Notes: a model not told the origin generated them from the letters alone. Positions 18,071 through 29,076 are shown, numbered from the stretch's first letter. The stretch is DNA of 64,000 bases from Candidatus Parcubacteria bacterium (GCA_023444045.1 JAEZRQ010000006.1:241786-305785); one strand, 5' to 3'. Numbers and translations are program-made.

Positions 18071-18676
18071 ATGCTTGATATCTTTTTAATTATCGTTTTA
18101 GTATTTTCAGCCGCCATTCACGAGTACATGCATGGTTTTATGGCTAATCAGCTGGGTGATCCGACTGCTAAAAACGCTGGCCGTTTAACCTTAAATCCGA
18201 TTAAACATTTAGATATATTTGGTTCTGTTTTACTGCCGCTTTTTCTATTGTTTTCGGGTTCCTCCTTTTTATTCGGTTGGGCTAAGCCGGTACCATATAA
18301 TCCTAATAATCTTAGGGATAGTAAATATGGCGACGCCAAAGTAGCGGCTGCTGGCCCATTGGCTAATTTACTAGTGGCAACTCTATTTGCCGTCCTTTTT
18401 CGCTTTTTAGATCACAGCACAATTTTTTCTTACTTAATCAGCCAGATTATCTTTATTAATCTTATTTTAATGATATTTAATCTAATTCCTATTCCACCAC
18501 TTGATGGCTCTAAAATATTAGCTTGTTTTCTGCCTACTAAATGGCGTTTAAAGATTCTGTATATGGACGGTAGAACGAGTATCATTGTCCTTTTGCTTTT
18601 TGTCTTTTTTGGCTTCAAATTATTATACCCTATTATTTTTGGCTTATTTAGATTACTGACCGGAGTAATGCTTTAG
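18071..18676 (+). CDS. Site-2 protease family (M50) membrane zinc metalloprotease
   Basis: HExxH motif in a transmembrane helix (AAIHEYMHGFMA) and a second conserved segment NLIPIPPLDGSKIL. Confidence 0.8.
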   Translation: MLDIFLIIVLVFSAAIHEYMHGFMANQLGDPTAKNAGRLTLNPIKHLDIFGSVLLPLFLLFSGSSFLFGWAKPVPYNPNNLRDSKYGDAKVAAAGPLANLLVATLFAVLFRFLDHSTIFSYLISQIIFINLILMIFNLIPIPPLDGSKILACFLPTKWRLKILYMDGRTSIIVLLLFVFFGFKLLYPIIFGLFRLLTGVML

Positions 18677-18687
18677 ACAACAAAAAA

Positions 18688-18718
18688 ACAGCTCCTTCAT
18701 TGTGAATGAGCTGTTTTT
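18688..18718. terminator. Bidirectional terminator between convergent genes
   Basis: ACAGCTCCTTCA-ttg-TGAATGAGCTGT hairpin with one mismatch, flanked by an A-run and a T-run. Confidence 0.7.
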
Positions 18719-18729
18719 ATTATAGAGAT

Positions 18730-19680
18730 CTAAATTACTTTAAAAACAATTTGACCATTCTTTTCCCAATTTGATATGTCAACGGCCGGAAAACCCCAGT
18801 AGTTGTAACCATAATGTCCAGAATAGAACTTAACACTATACTCTCCATTATAGGAATGGCAGTCTGCTTCTAAAAAAGAAAAACAAACGTAATCCTTTGA
18901 ATAGAGACATTTTCTCAGCTGGAATTCTTTGGCGGATGTCTTAAATCCATCTTTAGTGGTGAATGTGTGATTGTCGCAAAAAACTAGTGCCTTCCAGTTT
19001 TGTTCTAAAGCTGGATTCATTTCACTACTTTCATCATAAGGAAAAGGGGAATAGTCAATCCTCAAATTCTGGTATTTTACATATAGGGTATAACCAGTAT
19101 ACATATCATTGACTACTTGGTATTTAACTTTGTCTAACCTGAATGCTCTGTCGTTTTCCCAATCATCACCAAGGCTTCCCGGTGTTCCAGTGTGTCGGAT
19201 ATAGAACATTACTTGTTCAGAAATTCCTTTTGGCCAAAAGTAAACAGCATATAGCCCTAATTGAGCCAGTTTAATAGACATACTTGAGCCAGAAGTGCCA
19301 CCACCAGAACGGTTAACAACAGGAATCATGGGGTCATATTGCAAATCATTTTTAATATTCATTATACCCCACTGACCGTTTACCGGCAGACCATATTCAT
19401 TTTCGGCTATCATAATAATATTAATATCTTTGACGTTATACACGTCAACCGTATCACCGTTAGCAATAGCTTTCCTTTCGCTCTGATTTTCATCAGTTGC
19501 AGAAGGAGCTTTCATAGGGGCATCCGAGGTAGAAACTCCGGACATAAAGATTTGTACCTGTTCAGTTGAAGCGATATCTTCAATTGAAGATTCACAGCTG
19601 CAGAACAAAAAAATAGCGAAGATTGCTACTGCTATAGCGGTAGCAAGAACTCGGAACGCGAATTGCTTCATCTTTTTCAT
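18730..19680 (-). CDS. Hypothetical secreted or lipid-anchored protein, aromatic- and Cys-rich
   Basis: 316 aa. N-terminus MKKMKQFAFRVLATAIAVAIFAIFLFCSCESS is signal-like with Cys after the hydrophobic core. No family recognised. One of only two substantial minus-strand genes in the window. Confidence 0.6.
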   Translation of the reverse strand: MKKMKQFAFRVLATAIAVAIFAIFLFCSCESSIEDIASTEQVQIFMSGVSTSDAPMKAPSATDENQSERKAIANGDTVDVYNVKDINIIMIAENEYGLPVNGQWGIMNIKNDLQYDPMIPVVNRSGGGTSGSSMSIKLAQLGLYAVYFWPKGISEQVMFYIRHTGTPGSLGDDWENDRAFRLDKVKYQVVNDMYTGYTLYVKYQNLRIDYSPFPYDESSEMNPALEQNWKALVFCDNHTFTTKDGFKTSAKEFQLRKCLYSKDYVCFSFLEADCHSYNGEYSVKFYSGHYGYNYWGFPAVDISNWEKNGQIVFKVI

Positions 19681-19880
19681 TTTTATAATATTTAGTTGTT
19701 AAAAAATACAAAATTTACTCCCCATAATTGTATCATAAATATGAATATGTGTCAATACTATGACCTTAGGTTAAAATATGGGGTAGAGTGGTCTTAAGAA
19801 AGTAAGTTTTTAGGCCTCTTTTCTATTGACTTATTTCTCATCTTTTGCTAAATTTATTTAGCAGTTTAATAAAAAGTGAT

Positions 19881-19898
19881 GTCCTGATTTTTCAGGAC
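19881..19898 (+). promoter_or_regulatory. Hairpin in the rpsL leader (possible attenuator or protein-binding site)
   Basis: GTCCTGA-tttt-TCAGGAC followed by TGTTTTATTGTTT. It lies about 40 nt upstream of the rpsL ATG and downstream of a TTGACT/17 nt/TAAATT promoter-like pair at about 19827-19855. Confidence 0.35.
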
Positions 19899-19938
19899 TG
19901 TTTTATTGTTTAAATATAATTATTTTTTAAGAAAAATT

Positions 19939-20364
19939 ATGCCCACCATGAATCAACTAGTCCGCAAAGGCCGCAATTCTAAAGTAGGACGTCAAAAGTC
20001 TTTAGCTTTACATGTCGGTTTGGACACTCTTCATCGTAAGAAGAAAGAAACCGCTAAAGGCGCTCCTTTTAAACAAGGTGTTTGCTTAAAGGTAACTACT
20101 ACCACTCCTAAAAAACCAAACTCAGCTCTGCGTAAAATCGCTCGTGTGAGATTATCAAATGGCATGGAAGTTACCGCTTATATCCCAGGCATGGGACATA
20201 ACTTACAGGAACACTCCATTGTTTTAGTTAAAGGCGGAAAGACCAAAGATCTTCCAGGTGTAAGATATAAAGTTGTTCGCGGTGTTTATGACGCGTCTGG
20301 GGTTGAAGCTAGACGTAAGAGTCGCAGTAGTTATGGCGCTAAAAAGCCAAAAGCGGCTAAATAA
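19939..20364 (+). CDS. rpsL: 30S ribosomal protein S12 (uS12)
   Basis: [12 protein letters not shown]... and [19 protein letters not shown] are canonical. Start set at ATG 19939. Confidence 0.95.
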   Translation: MPTMNQLVRKGRNSKVGRQKSLALHVGLDTLHRKKKETAKGAPFKQGVCLKVTTTTPKKPNSALRKIARVRLSNGMEVTAYIPGMGHNLQEHSIVLVKGGKTKDLPGVRYKVVRGVYDASGVEARRKSRSSYGAKKPKAAK

Positions 20365-20441
20365 AGTTATTATTTAATTAATTATAAATTAGAGTTGCTC
20401 TAATCTTTTCTCACTATAGCTGGTGAGAATCAGTTAAAACT

Positions 20442-20909
20442 ATGAGAGGTAAACAAGCTCCAAAAAGAGATATTGAAGGAGACGTAAAATACAGTGATAA
20501 AAACATCACTAAGTTTATTAATTACGTGATGGAAAGCGGCAAAAAGTCAGTCGCTCAAAAGATCGTTTACGGTTCCTTTGAAATTATTAAAGAAAAAACT
20601 AAACAAGATCCTCGCCACGTATTTAATAAGGCGATTAAAAAAGTGTCTCCACTAGTGGAGGTCCGTGGTAAACGCGTTGGTGGCGCAAACTACCAGGTTC
20701 CTTTCCAAGTTCGTGGCGAAAGACGTTTTTATTTAGGTTGCAATTGGATTATTAATTCAGCTGATGCTAGAAAAGGTCGTTCTATGGCTGAAAAATTAGC
20801 CGCTGAGATTTTAGATGCTAGTAACGGCGAAGGCGCTGCAGTTAGAAAACGTGATATGGTTCATAAGATGGCCGAAGCTAATAAAGCTTTTGCTCATTTT
20901 TCTCGTTAA
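20442..20909 (+). CDS. rpsG: 30S ribosomal protein S7 (uS7)
   Basis: VEVRGKRVGGANYQVPFQVRGERR and AFAHF are typical of uS7. Confidence 0.95.
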   Translation: MRGKQAPKRDIEGDVKYSDKNITKFINYVMESGKKSVAQKIVYGSFEIIKEKTKQDPRHVFNKAIKKVSPLVEVRGKRVGGANYQVPFQVRGERRFYLGCNWIINSADARKGRSMAEKLAAEILDASNGEGAAVRKRDMVHKMAEANKAFAHFSR

Positions 20910-20941
20910 TTATAAATATAAATAAACCTTAATATACATTT

Positions 20942-23026
20942 ATGCCTAGGGATTATTCTTTGGACAAAATCAGAAACATCGGTATCATGGCTCACATTGA
21001 TGCTGGTAAGACAACTTTTACCGAACGTGTTTTATTTTACACTGGTAAAAAACATAAAATTGGTGAGACTCATGATGGTAGTGCTGATATGGACTGGATG
21101 GAACAAGAAAAAGAAAGAGGTATTACCATTACTTCAGCCGCTACTACTTGTTTTTGGAAGGGAAATAAAATTAATATTATTGACACCCCAGGGCACGTAG
21201 ACTTTACCGTTGAGGTAGAACGTTCACTACGTGTTTTAGATGGAGCAATTGCTGTTTTTGATGGTCAAGCTGGTGTAGAGCCACAATCTGAAACCGTTTG
21301 GCGCCAAGCTGATAAATATCACGTACCACGTCTTTGTTTTGTCAACAAAATGGATAAAATGGGGGCTGATTTCTACATGAGCTTAAAATCGATTCGTGAT
21401 CGTCTTAATCCTAATGCGGTGGCTATCCAGTTACCAATCGGAGCAGAGAGCGATTTGTCTGGTGTAGTCGATTTACTAGAGAAAAAAGCTTATAAATTTG
21501 AGGGTAGTAATGGAGAAAATATTGTTGAAATTCCAGTGCCTGAAGATATGAAAGATAAGGTAGATCAGTTTCATGCCGAATTAGTTGAAAAAGCGGTTGA
21601 ATGTGATGAGGGTACTATGGAAAAATATTTGGGTGGGGAAGAAATCTCTCTAGCTGAGCTTAAAAAAGCTATTCACAAAGGGGTAATTTCTAACCAAATT
21701 TATCCAGTTTTATGTGGTACTGCCCTACAGAACATCGGTGTTCAATTAGCCCTTGATGCGGTTAACGAATATCTGCCGTCACCGCTTGAAATTCCAGAAA
21801 TTGAGGGCGTTGATGTTGATGATGAGAGTAAAACCTATAAAGTAATTGCTGATGATGGCGAACCTTTTGTTGGCTTAGCTTTCAAAATTGCGACCGATCC
21901 ATTTGTTGGTAAATTATGTTTTGTCCGCGTTTACAGTGGTGTTTTACAGGCTGGTTCTTATATCGTTAACACTAAGACTGGCAACAAAGAACGTGTTGGC
22001 CGTTTGGTTCGTATGCACGCTAATCACCGTGAGGAAATTAAAGAAATTTATGCCGGTGACATTGCTGCCATTATTGGTCTAAAAAATACTACTACCGGTA
22101 ATACTTTATGTGACGAATCACGTCAGATGCATCTGGAAAATATTGTTTTCCCAGAGCCAGTTATTAAAATTGCGGTTGAACCAAAAACTAAGGCTGACCA
22201 AGAAAAAATGGGTGTAGCTCTGCAACGTCTAGCTGAAGAAGATCCAACTTTCCGTGTTGAAACTGATGAGGAAACTAATCAAGTCTTAATCTCTGGTATG
22301 GGTGAACTTCATCTTGATATTATCGTTGATCGTATGCGCCGTGAATTCGGGGTTGAAGCTAACGTTGGTAATCCTCAAGTATCATATCGTGAAACTATTA
22401 CCAAAACCGCTGAAGCAGAACATAAATATGCTAAGCAGTCCGGTGGTCGCGGTCAATATGGTCATTGTACTTTACGTATTATGCCTCAAGAGGACCCAGC
22501 TAAAGGGTTTGAATTCATTGACGAAATTAAGGGTGGTGTTATTCCTAAAGAATATATTCCAGCAATTGAAAAAGGTGTTAAGGAAGCTTTACTTTCTGGA
22601 GGCGTGGCTGGTTACCCAATGGTTAATGTAAAGGTAGCTGTTACTGACGGTTCTTATCATGAAGTTGACTCTTCAGAAATTGCCTTTAAAATGGCCGCTA
22701 TTTTCGCCTTCCGTGATGCTTGTGTTAAAGCGGGTGCCGTTTTACTTGAACCAATTATGAAGGTGGAAGTATCTACTCCGGAAGATTATATGGGTAGTGT
22801 TATTGGTGATTTGAATGCTAAGCGTGGTCAAATTGAGGAAATGACTGATAGACCAAATAATATTAAAGTGGTTCGCGCTAAAGTCCCACTCGCTGAAATG
22901 TTTGGTTATTCCACTTCACTAAGATCAATGTCTCAGGGAAGAGCTAATTATGTGATGGAATTTTCTCATTACAATGAGGTTCCAAGAAACATCTTAGAAC
23001 AGATTAAGACTAAAAGCGGAAAATAA
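20942..23026 (+). CDS. fusA: Elongation factor G
   Basis: G1 motif AHIDAGKTT, then DTPGHVDF and NKMD. 694 aa in str operon position. Confidence 0.95.
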   Translation: MPRDYSLDKIRNIGIMAHIDAGKTTFTERVLFYTGKKHKIGETHDGSADMDWMEQEKERGITITSAATTCFWKGNKINIIDTPGHVDFTVEVERSLRVLDGAIAVFDGQAGVEPQSETVWRQADKYHVPRLCFVNKMDKMGADFYMSLKSIRDRLNPNAVAIQLPIGAESDLSGVVDLLEKKAYKFEGSNGENIVEIPVPEDMKDKVDQFHAELVEKAVECDEGTMEKYLGGEEISLAELKKAIHKGVISNQIYPVLCGTALQNIGVQLALDAVNEYLPSPLEIPEIEGVDVDDESKTYKVIADDGEPFVGLAFKIATDPFVGKLCFVRVYSGVLQAGSYIVNTKTGNKERVGRLVRMHANHREEIKEIYAGDIAAIIGLKNTTTGNTLCDESRQMHLENIVFPEPVIKIAVEPKTKADQEKMGVALQRLAEEDPTFRVETDEETNQVLISGMGELHLDIIVDRMRREFGVEANVGNPQVSYRETITKTAEAEHKYAKQSGGRGQYGHCTLRIMPQEDPAKGFEFIDEIKGGVIPKEYIPAIEKGVKEALLSGGVAGYPMVNVKVAVTDGSYHEVDSSEIAFKMAAIFAFRDACVKAGAVLLEPIMKVEVSTPEDYMGSVIGDLNAKRGQIEEMTDRPNNIKVVRAKVPLAEMFGYSTSLRSMSQGRANYVMEFSHYNEVPRNILEQIKTKSGK

Positions 23027-23066
23027 GGATTGTTAGTGGTTCCATATTGATAATTAATTTAAAAAT

Positions 23067-23396
23067 ATGTTTCCAAAACAGCTGCAGAAAATTTTAGAAT
23101 TAATTAAGAAGACCGGTGATCGGGTAATCCTTTATGACGAAAATAAACCTGATAATTCCTATGTTCTGATGGACTTTGAGGCCTATAATTCTTTAGCAGA
23201 CTGCCAAGAGGGAAAAACCTTGAAAACAGAAGGTAATCGTGATTTGACAATGAATGATTTAACTGATAAAATAAATTGCGATATCTCGTCTTGGAAAAAT
23301 CAAGAGAACGGGAATTATTTGGCTGAAGAAAGTAAGTCTAGGAATCCTTGGGCAATTCCTAGTAAGATAAAAAATGGGGCCCAAAAAATAGAGTAA
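23067..23396 (+). CDS. Hypothetical protein with a Phd/YefM-like N-terminal segment
   Basis: 109 aa inserted between fusA and tuf. GDRVILYDENKPDNSYVLMDFEAYNSL resembles the YefM stretch [24 protein letters not shown] as I recall it. No adjacent toxin ORF. Confidence 0.5.
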   Translation: MFPKQLQKILELIKKTGDRVILYDENKPDNSYVLMDFEAYNSLADCQEGKTLKTEGNRDLTMNDLTDKINCDISSWKNQENGNYLAEESKSRNPWAIPSKIKNGAQKIE

Positions 23397-23486
23397 TTTT
23401 ATTAAAATTTATAAAATAATTAATTTAAGACGGCTGGTGTCCTCTTTGAAGGAGAAAACCCCTAGCGGGGGCCGTATACAAACAAA

Positions 23487-24674
23487 ATGGCAGAAAAATT
23501 TGACCGTTCCAAACCACACGTCAACATTGGTACTATTGGCCACGTTGACCACGGAAAAACTACCTTAACTGCTGCAATGTTGGCAGTGTTCGGTGCTCAT
23601 GGTATGAGTGCTTCTAAAAAGGGTGTTAAAGAAATTGACTCCGCTCCTGAAGAAAAGGAACGCGGTATCACTATTGCCACCGCTCACGTTGAATACGAAT
23701 CAGCAACTAGACACTATGCTCACGTTGATTGTCCAGGACACGCTGACTATGTAAAAAACATGATCACTGGTGCTGCTCAGATGGATGGTGCTATTTTAGT
23801 AGTATCTGCTACTGATGGTCCTATGCCTCAGACCCGCGAACACATCTTACTTGCTCGTCAGGTTGGTGTTCCTTATATCATTGTTTTCTTAAACAAATGC
23901 GATATGGTTGAAGACAAGGAATTAATTGACCTTGTTGAAGAGGAAATTCGTGATTTACTTAAAAAATATGAATTCCCTGGAGACGAAACTCCAATCATCC
24001 GCGGTTCCGCTCTAAAGGCTTTAGAGAACCCAGATGGGGCTGATGCTGAACCAGTCATGAAACTGATGGAAGCTATTGATTCTTACATTCCAACTCCAGT
24101 TCGTGATGTTGATCACCCATTCTTAATGCCAATTGAAGATATCTTCTCAATTGAAGGCCGTGGTACTGTAGTTACTGGTAGAATTGAACGCGGTGTTATC
24201 AAGGTTGGTGAAGAAGTTGAAATCGTTGGTTTAATGGATACTAAGAAAACTGTTGTTACCGGTGTTGAAATGTTTAATAAATCACTTGACCAAGGTCAAG
24301 CTGGTGATAATGCTGGTTTACTGCTTCGCGGTACTAAGAAAAATGAAGTTGAACGCGGTCAAGTTCTTTGTAAGACTGGCTCTATTACTCCTCACACCGA
24401 ATTTGAAGCTCAAGTCTTCATCTTATCTAAAGAAGAAGGTGGACGTCATAAACCATTCTTTAAAGGTTACAAACCTCAATTCTATATCAGAACAACTGAT
24501 GTAACTGGTGAAGTAGAATTACCAGAAGGAACTGAAATGGTTATGCCTGGAGATACTGTTAACTTTAAAGTTAAATTAATCTCTCCAGTTGCTCTAGAAG
24601 AAAAACAGAAATTTGCTATTCGCGAAGGTGGCCGCACAGTTGGCGCTGGAGTTGTAGTAAAAATCATCAAATAA
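23487..24674 (+). CDS. tuf: Elongation factor Tu
   Basis: [18 protein letters not shown] and NKCD. 395 aa. Confidence 0.97.
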   Translation: MAEKFDRSKPHVNIGTIGHVDHGKTTLTAAMLAVFGAHGMSASKKGVKEIDSAPEEKERGITIATAHVEYESATRHYAHVDCPGHADYVKNMITGAAQMDGAILVVSATDGPMPQTREHILLARQVGVPYIIVFLNKCDMVEDKELIDLVEEEIRDLLKKYEFPGDETPIIRGSALKALENPDGADAEPVMKLMEAIDSYIPTPVRDVDHPFLMPIEDIFSIEGRGTVVTGRIERGVIKVGEEVEIVGLMDTKKTVVTGVEMFNKSLDQGQAGDNAGLLLRGTKKNEVERGQVLCKTGSITPHTEFEAQVFILSKEEGGRHKPFFKGYKPQFYIRTTDVTGEVELPEGTEMVMPGDTVNFKVKLISPVALEEKQKFAIREGGRTVGAGVVVKIIK

Positions 24675-24851
24675 GTACTCAGGCCTACTCTCTTCGCCCC
24701 TCTGGAGGAAGAGGGTGGGCCGATTGTGTTTATTTTAAAACAGAGCTGAAGTGTTAAAGTCTTCAAAGCTAAAAGCTATTTAGGAGGGATTACGTCTGAC
24801 TCTCGTAATTTAAATTAGTCCGCTTTTGACTTTACATCTAGGCAAGAAATT

Positions 24852-25184
24852 ATGTCTGAAAACAAAAAAGAAGAGTTCAAGCAAAGAATTCGCATTAAAA
24901 TCAAAGCGTTTGATCACAAGATCATTGATCAGTCTACTAAGACTATCGTTGAAACTATTGAACGTAGCGACGCCCAATTTTTTGGTCCGATTCCACTTCC
25001 AACCGAGAAGAGGAAGTACACAGTTAATCGTTCCACTTTTGTGCACAAAGACGCTCGTGATCAATACGAGATGAGAATTCACAAACGCATTATTGACATT
25101 GTTGAACCAAGCGCTAAAACGATTGAAGACTTAACTAGCTTAAATCTGCCAGCGGGTGTTGACGTGGAGATAAAAATGCAGTAA
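24852..25184 (+). CDS. rpsJ: 30S ribosomal protein S10 (uS10)
   Basis: [40 protein letters not shown] is canonical uS10. Confidence 0.95.
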   Translation: MSENKKEEFKQRIRIKIKAFDHKIIDQSTKTIVETIERSDAQFFGPIPLPTEKRKYTVNRSTFVHKDARDQYEMRIHKRIIDIVEPSAKTIEDLTSLNLPAGVDVEIKMQ

Positions 25185-25389
25185 ACTAAAGTAGTAATTT
25201 TATACAAGAATAGGGTTTGGATGAAGTTTAGATAACTCTTGGCGATTTGCCAGGAAAGTGTCTAAGTGTTAGTTCGCCCGAAAAAACGGAGGTAGACAGC
25301 CAAATAAAAACAAAAACCACTTTTATTAACAAAAGATTGTTTTATTTTTATGGCTGGTCTAAACACCAGTTTTTTTGTTAAAAAACAAT

Positions 25390-26184
25390 ATGAAATTTAT
25401 TCTAGGAAAAAAATTGCAGATGACCCAAGTTTGGGTAAACGACAAGGTGGTAGCCGTCACTCCGGTTTTGGCTGGACCTTGCACCGTTACACAGGTTAAA
25501 ACTAAAGAGAACGATAGTTATGATGCTCTTCAGGTAGCCTTTGGTAATAGGAAAGAAAAAAACATTAATAAACCACAGCTTGGTCATTTTAAAGCTGCTG
25601 GGGTTAAACCAACTAAAGTTCGTGAACTTCGTGCTGAAGTTGGCGGTGCTAAGGTTGGTGATGTTATTACAGTTACTACTTTTGAGGCTGGCGACATTAT
25701 TGATGTAACCGGTACTTCTAAGGGTAAAGGTTTTCAGGGTGTAGTTAAAAGACACGGCTTTGCTGGTGGTCGCAAAACACACGGTAATAAAGATCAATTA
25801 CGTATGGGTGGTTCAGTTGGTGCTAAAGGGCCGGCTCATATCTTTAAAAACACTCGTATGCCTGGCCGCATGGGTAATGAGCAGGTAACTGTTAAAAATT
25901 TAGAAATTGTTAAAATTGATGCGGAAAATAACTTATTATTTGTTAAAGGGGCAGTTCCTGGTGCTATTAATGGTTTTTTAATCATTAAAGGACAAGGTGA
26001 ACTGAAATTTAATGTTACTCCAGTAGTTGAGGAAATCAAGGAAGAAGTTCCAGAAATAGTCACTGAAGAAACAAACAACGAGGCTCCGGTCGAGGCAGCG
26101 CTTGAAGAAGAAAAAAATGAAGAAGTAGCAGCAGCAGAAGAGATTCCTGTTGAAGAACCGGTTACCACCGAAGAAGCTAAATAA
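25390..26184 (+). CDS. rplC: 50S ribosomal protein L3 (uL3) with a ~59 aa acidic C-terminal extension
   Basis: The core GKKLQMTQVW...GTSKGKGFQGVVKRHGF is canonical. The tail is ...EEIKEEVPEIVTEETNNEAPVEAALEEEKNEEVAAAEEIPVEEPVTTEEAK. Confidence 0.9.
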   Translation: MKFILGKKLQMTQVWVNDKVVAVTPVLAGPCTVTQVKTKENDSYDALQVAFGNRKEKNINKPQLGHFKAAGVKPTKVRELRAEVGGAKVGDVITVTTFEAGDIIDVTGTSKGKGFQGVVKRHGFAGGRKTHGNKDQLRMGGSVGAKGPAHIFKNTRMPGRMGNEQVTVKNLEIVKIDAENNLLFVKGAVPGAINGFLIIKGQGELKFNVTPVVEEIKEEVPEIVTEETNNEAPVEAALEEEKNEEVAAAEEIPVEEPVTTEEAK

Positions 26185-26210
26185 AATATTAGTGTATAAT
26201 TGCAATATTT

Positions 26211-26852
26211 ATGAAAATTAAAGTTTACAATCAAACAGCCGAGTTCGTTCATGATTTAGAATTATCTGATAAAATATTTGGCGTTAAAGTTAACTCAGAG
26301 TTATTACACCAAGCCCTTATCACTCAAATGTCTAATGAGCGTCAGGTTTTAGCTGATACTAAGGATCGCAGTGAGGTTCGTGGTGGTGGTAAGAAACCTT
26401 GGAAACAAAAAGGTACTGGTCGTGCTCGTGTGGGTTCCTCACGTTCTCCAATCTGGAGGGCTGGTGGTGTCACCTTTGGTCCAACCAGTGATCGTGATTT
26501 TTCTAAGAAAATCAATAAAAAGATGAAACAAAAAGCAATTTTTATGGCCCTATCTGATAAAATTGCTAATGATAATTTAGTAGTACTTGATTCTTTAAAG
26601 TTAGAAGAGTTTAAGACTAAGAAATTTAATGATATCCTGAGCGCTGTAGAAAAAAATATTTTAAAAACCGAGCGTCGCAACGTCTTAATCATTAATGACA
26701 CTAAGGATGATAAAGTTAAATATTCTGCTCGTAATTTAGCGGGAACTGAAATCATTAACTTAGAAAATATCAATATCGTTGATCTTCTAAAGTATAAAAA
26801 TCTTTTGCTGACTGAAACAGCAGTTAAAACTTTAGAGGAAAGATATAAATAA
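26211..26852 (+). CDS. rplD: 50S ribosomal protein L4 (uL4)
   Basis: GGGKKPWKQKGTGRARVGSSRSPIWRAGGVTFGP is canonical. Confidence 0.95.
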   Translation: MKIKVYNQTAEFVHDLELSDKIFGVKVNSELLHQALITQMSNERQVLADTKDRSEVRGGGKKPWKQKGTGRARVGSSRSPIWRAGGVTFGPTSDRDFSKKINKKMKQKAIFMALSDKIANDNLVVLDSLKLEEFKTKKFNDILSAVEKNILKTERRNVLIINDTKDDKVKYSARNLAGTEIINLENINIVDLLKYKNLLLTETAVKTLEERYK

Positions 26853-26863
26853 TAGAAATTAAT

Positions 26864-27307
26864 ATGGCTATACTTGGAACTAAAAAAACTAAAGAAGCTA
26901 AAGAGACTAAGAAAGTGACCGTTAAGAAGGAAGCTTCAAAAAAGGAAGTTAAGGCAGAGAGCATGCAAGAACTTTACGCTGCTAAAGAAGGTGCTTCTAA
27001 AAAAGTAGCTACCTCTAAATTTGTGGGTGCTCATCGCGTTTTAATTCGTCCTCTGATTACCGAAAAAGCAGCTAACTTAGGCACTTTAAATAAATATGCT
27101 TTTGTTGTTTCTGACAAAGCTAATAAAATTGAAGTTTCTAAAGCAGTGGCTGCTGTTTATGGTGTTAAACCAATTAACGTCAATATTGTGTGCGTTAAAG
27201 GTAAAGTGGTTACTCGTGGCCGCTTAAAAGGTCGCCGCAGTGATCTTAAAAAGGCAATTGTTACCTTGAAGAAGGGTGAAACAATTCAGATTTACGAAGG
27301 CGTTTAA
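26864..27307 (+). CDS. rplW: 50S ribosomal protein L23 (uL23) with a ~55 aa Lys/Glu-rich N-terminal extension
   Basis: The core RVLIRPLITEKA...YAFVVSDKANKIEVSKAV is typical. 147 aa against the usual ~100. Confidence 0.9.
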   Translation: MAILGTKKTKEAKETKKVTVKKEASKKEVKAESMQELYAAKEGASKKVATSKFVGAHRVLIRPLITEKAANLGTLNKYAFVVSDKANKIEVSKAVAAVYGVKPINVNIVCVKGKVVTRGRLKGRRSDLKKAIVTLKKGETIQIYEGV

Positions 27308-27337
27308 AAATAATTTTGAAATTTTAGTAACATACCT

Positions 27338-28174
27338 ATGGGAATTAAAAAAGTAAAACCAACCACTCCTGGCCGCAGACAAGCAACGTTTGATGATTTT
27401 TCTGATATCACCAAAAAGAAACCAGAGAAGTCTTTAATCGTTATTAAAAAACAAAGAGGCGGTCGCAATAGCAGTGGTAAAATCACAATCAGACATCAAG
27501 GTGGTGGCGTTAAGCGCTACTTAAGAATCATTGACTTTAAAAGAGATAAATTCAACATTCCCGCTACAGTGGCTTCTATTGAATATGATCCAGGGCGCGG
27601 AGCCAGAATTGCCTTACTTAATTATGTTGATGGCGAAAAAAGATATATTGTTGCTCCAATTGACTTAAAGGTTGGCGACAAAATCATTAGCTCCAAGGAG
27701 TTAATTGAGATTAAGACTGGTAATGCTATGCCGGTTCAATTCATTCCAGCTGGTGTAGTTATTCATAACATTGAATTAATTGCTGGACGCGGCGCTAAAG
27801 TTGCTCGTGGTGCGGGTAATGGTGCTTATGTCATGGGTGTTGAGGGTAAATATGCCCAAGTTAAAATGCCATCTGGTGAAATTAGATTAATCAAGAAAGA
27901 TTGTTTATGTACTATTGGTCGCGCCAGTAATCCTGATAAACGTCATATGACTTTAGGAAAAGCTGGTCGCAGTCGTTTACTTGGTATTCGTCCAACTGTT
28001 CGTGGTACCGCGATGAATCCAAATGATCACCCACATGGTGGTGGTGAAGGTAAACAATCTATCGGTTTAAGATATCCAAAGACTAAATGGGGTAAACCAG
28101 CTCTTGGTATTAAAACTAGAAGAAAAAGCTCTACTGATAAACTGATTATCAAAAGAAGAGCTAAAAGAAAATAA
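27338..28174 (+). CDS. rplB: 50S ribosomal protein L2 (uL2)
   Basis: VRGTAMNPNDHPHGGGEGK is canonical. Confidence 0.97.
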   Translation: MGIKKVKPTTPGRRQATFDDFSDITKKKPEKSLIVIKKQRGGRNSSGKITIRHQGGGVKRYLRIIDFKRDKFNIPATVASIEYDPGRGARIALLNYVDGEKRYIVAPIDLKVGDKIISSKELIEIKTGNAMPVQFIPAGVVIHNIELIAGRGAKVARGAGNGAYVMGVEGKYAQVKMPSGEIRLIKKDCLCTIGRASNPDKRHMTLGKAGRSRLLGIRPTVRGTAMNPNDHPHGGGEGKQSIGLRYPKTKWGKPALGIKTRRKSSTDKLIIKRRAKRK

Positions 28175-28193
28175 TTTAAATAAGTAAAATATT

Positions 28194-28478
28194 ATGTCGA
28201 GAAGTTTGAAAAAAGGACCATACGTCAATCCTCGCATCCTGAAAAAAGTTCAGGCTCTTAGCCCTGAAAATAAAACTGTTATTAAAGTTTGGGATAGAGC
28301 TTGTTCTATTACTCCAGAAATGGTTGGTCATACTTTAGGAGTTCATAACGGAAAGACTCATGTTCCAGTTTACGTGGTGGAAAATATGGTCGGCCACAAC
28401 TTAGGTGAATTTGCGCCTACTCGTAAGTTTATCTCACATGGTGGTAAAGCTGCTAAAGCTCAAGCTAAAGGTAAATAA
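28194..28478 (+). CDS. rpsS: 30S ribosomal protein S19 (uS19)
   Basis: [11 protein letters not shown]...[17 protein letters not shown]...[13 protein letters not shown]. Confidence 0.97.
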   Translation: MSRSLKKGPYVNPRILKKVQALSPENKTVIKVWDRACSITPEMVGHTLGVHNGKTHVPVYVVENMVGHNLGEFAPTRKFISHGGKAAKAQAKGK

Positions 28479-28501
28479 GAAGTATTTAAGTTCAAAAATT
28501 T

Positions 28502-29035
28502 ATGGAAATTAAAGCTAGTTTAAATGATTTAAGGATGTCTCCGCGTAAAGTGCGTTTAGTGATTGATTTAATTCGCAAAATGCCGGTTGACGCTGCCTTG
28601 GCTCAACTTAAATTTACAAATAAAAAAGCCACTGAACCAATAGCTAAAATGATTGAGTCAGCCATTGCTAACGGAGTTAATACTTACGGTTTAGATCGCA
28701 GTAATTTATTTATTAAAGAAATTAGATCAGATGAGGGAACAACTTTAAAACGTTGGATGCCTAAGGCTCATGGTCGTGCCACTGTGATTCGTAAACGCGG
28801 GGCTCATGTTAAAGTAGTTCTTGGTGAAATCGTTGATTCCGGTAAGCACGAGAAAAAAATTGTTAAAGTTGAAGCACCAGTAAAATTAGAAGATTTGGCT
28901 AAAGAAGCTGATAAAACCAGTAAAACAACTGTTAAAAAAGAGGCCGAAGAAAAAAAGGTTAGCAAGGCTAAAACTAAAGGAGCTGCTCCAGAAAAAGGTT
29001 TTGCCGCTAAGATGTTCAACCGTAAAGTCGGTTAA
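28502..29035 (+). CDS. rplV: 50S ribosomal protein L22 (uL22) with a ~60 aa Lys-rich C-terminal extension
   Basis: The core [16 protein letters not shown]...[19 protein letters not shown] is followed by a charged tail. 177 aa. Confidence 0.9.
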   Translation: MEIKASLNDLRMSPRKVRLVIDLIRKMPVDAALAQLKFTNKKATEPIAKMIESAIANGVNTYGLDRSNLFIKEIRSDEGTTLKRWMPKAHGRATVIRKRGAHVKVVLGEIVDSGKHEKKIVKVEAPVKLEDLAKEADKTSKTTVKKEAEEKKVSKAKTKGAAPEKGFAAKMFNRKVG

Positions 29036-29076
29036 TCATTAACTTTCATATACTTAAATTTGTAACAAGTCATACT

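Noticed and set aside
24675-24851. Possible tRNA or small RNA gene in the 177-nt tuf-rpsJ spacer.
   Set aside because: It contains only one GC-rich hairpin (CCCTCT-ggagga-AGAGGG at 24698-24715), consistent with a tuf terminator or processing site. No cloverleaf or T-loop (GTTCGAATC-like) sequence is present.
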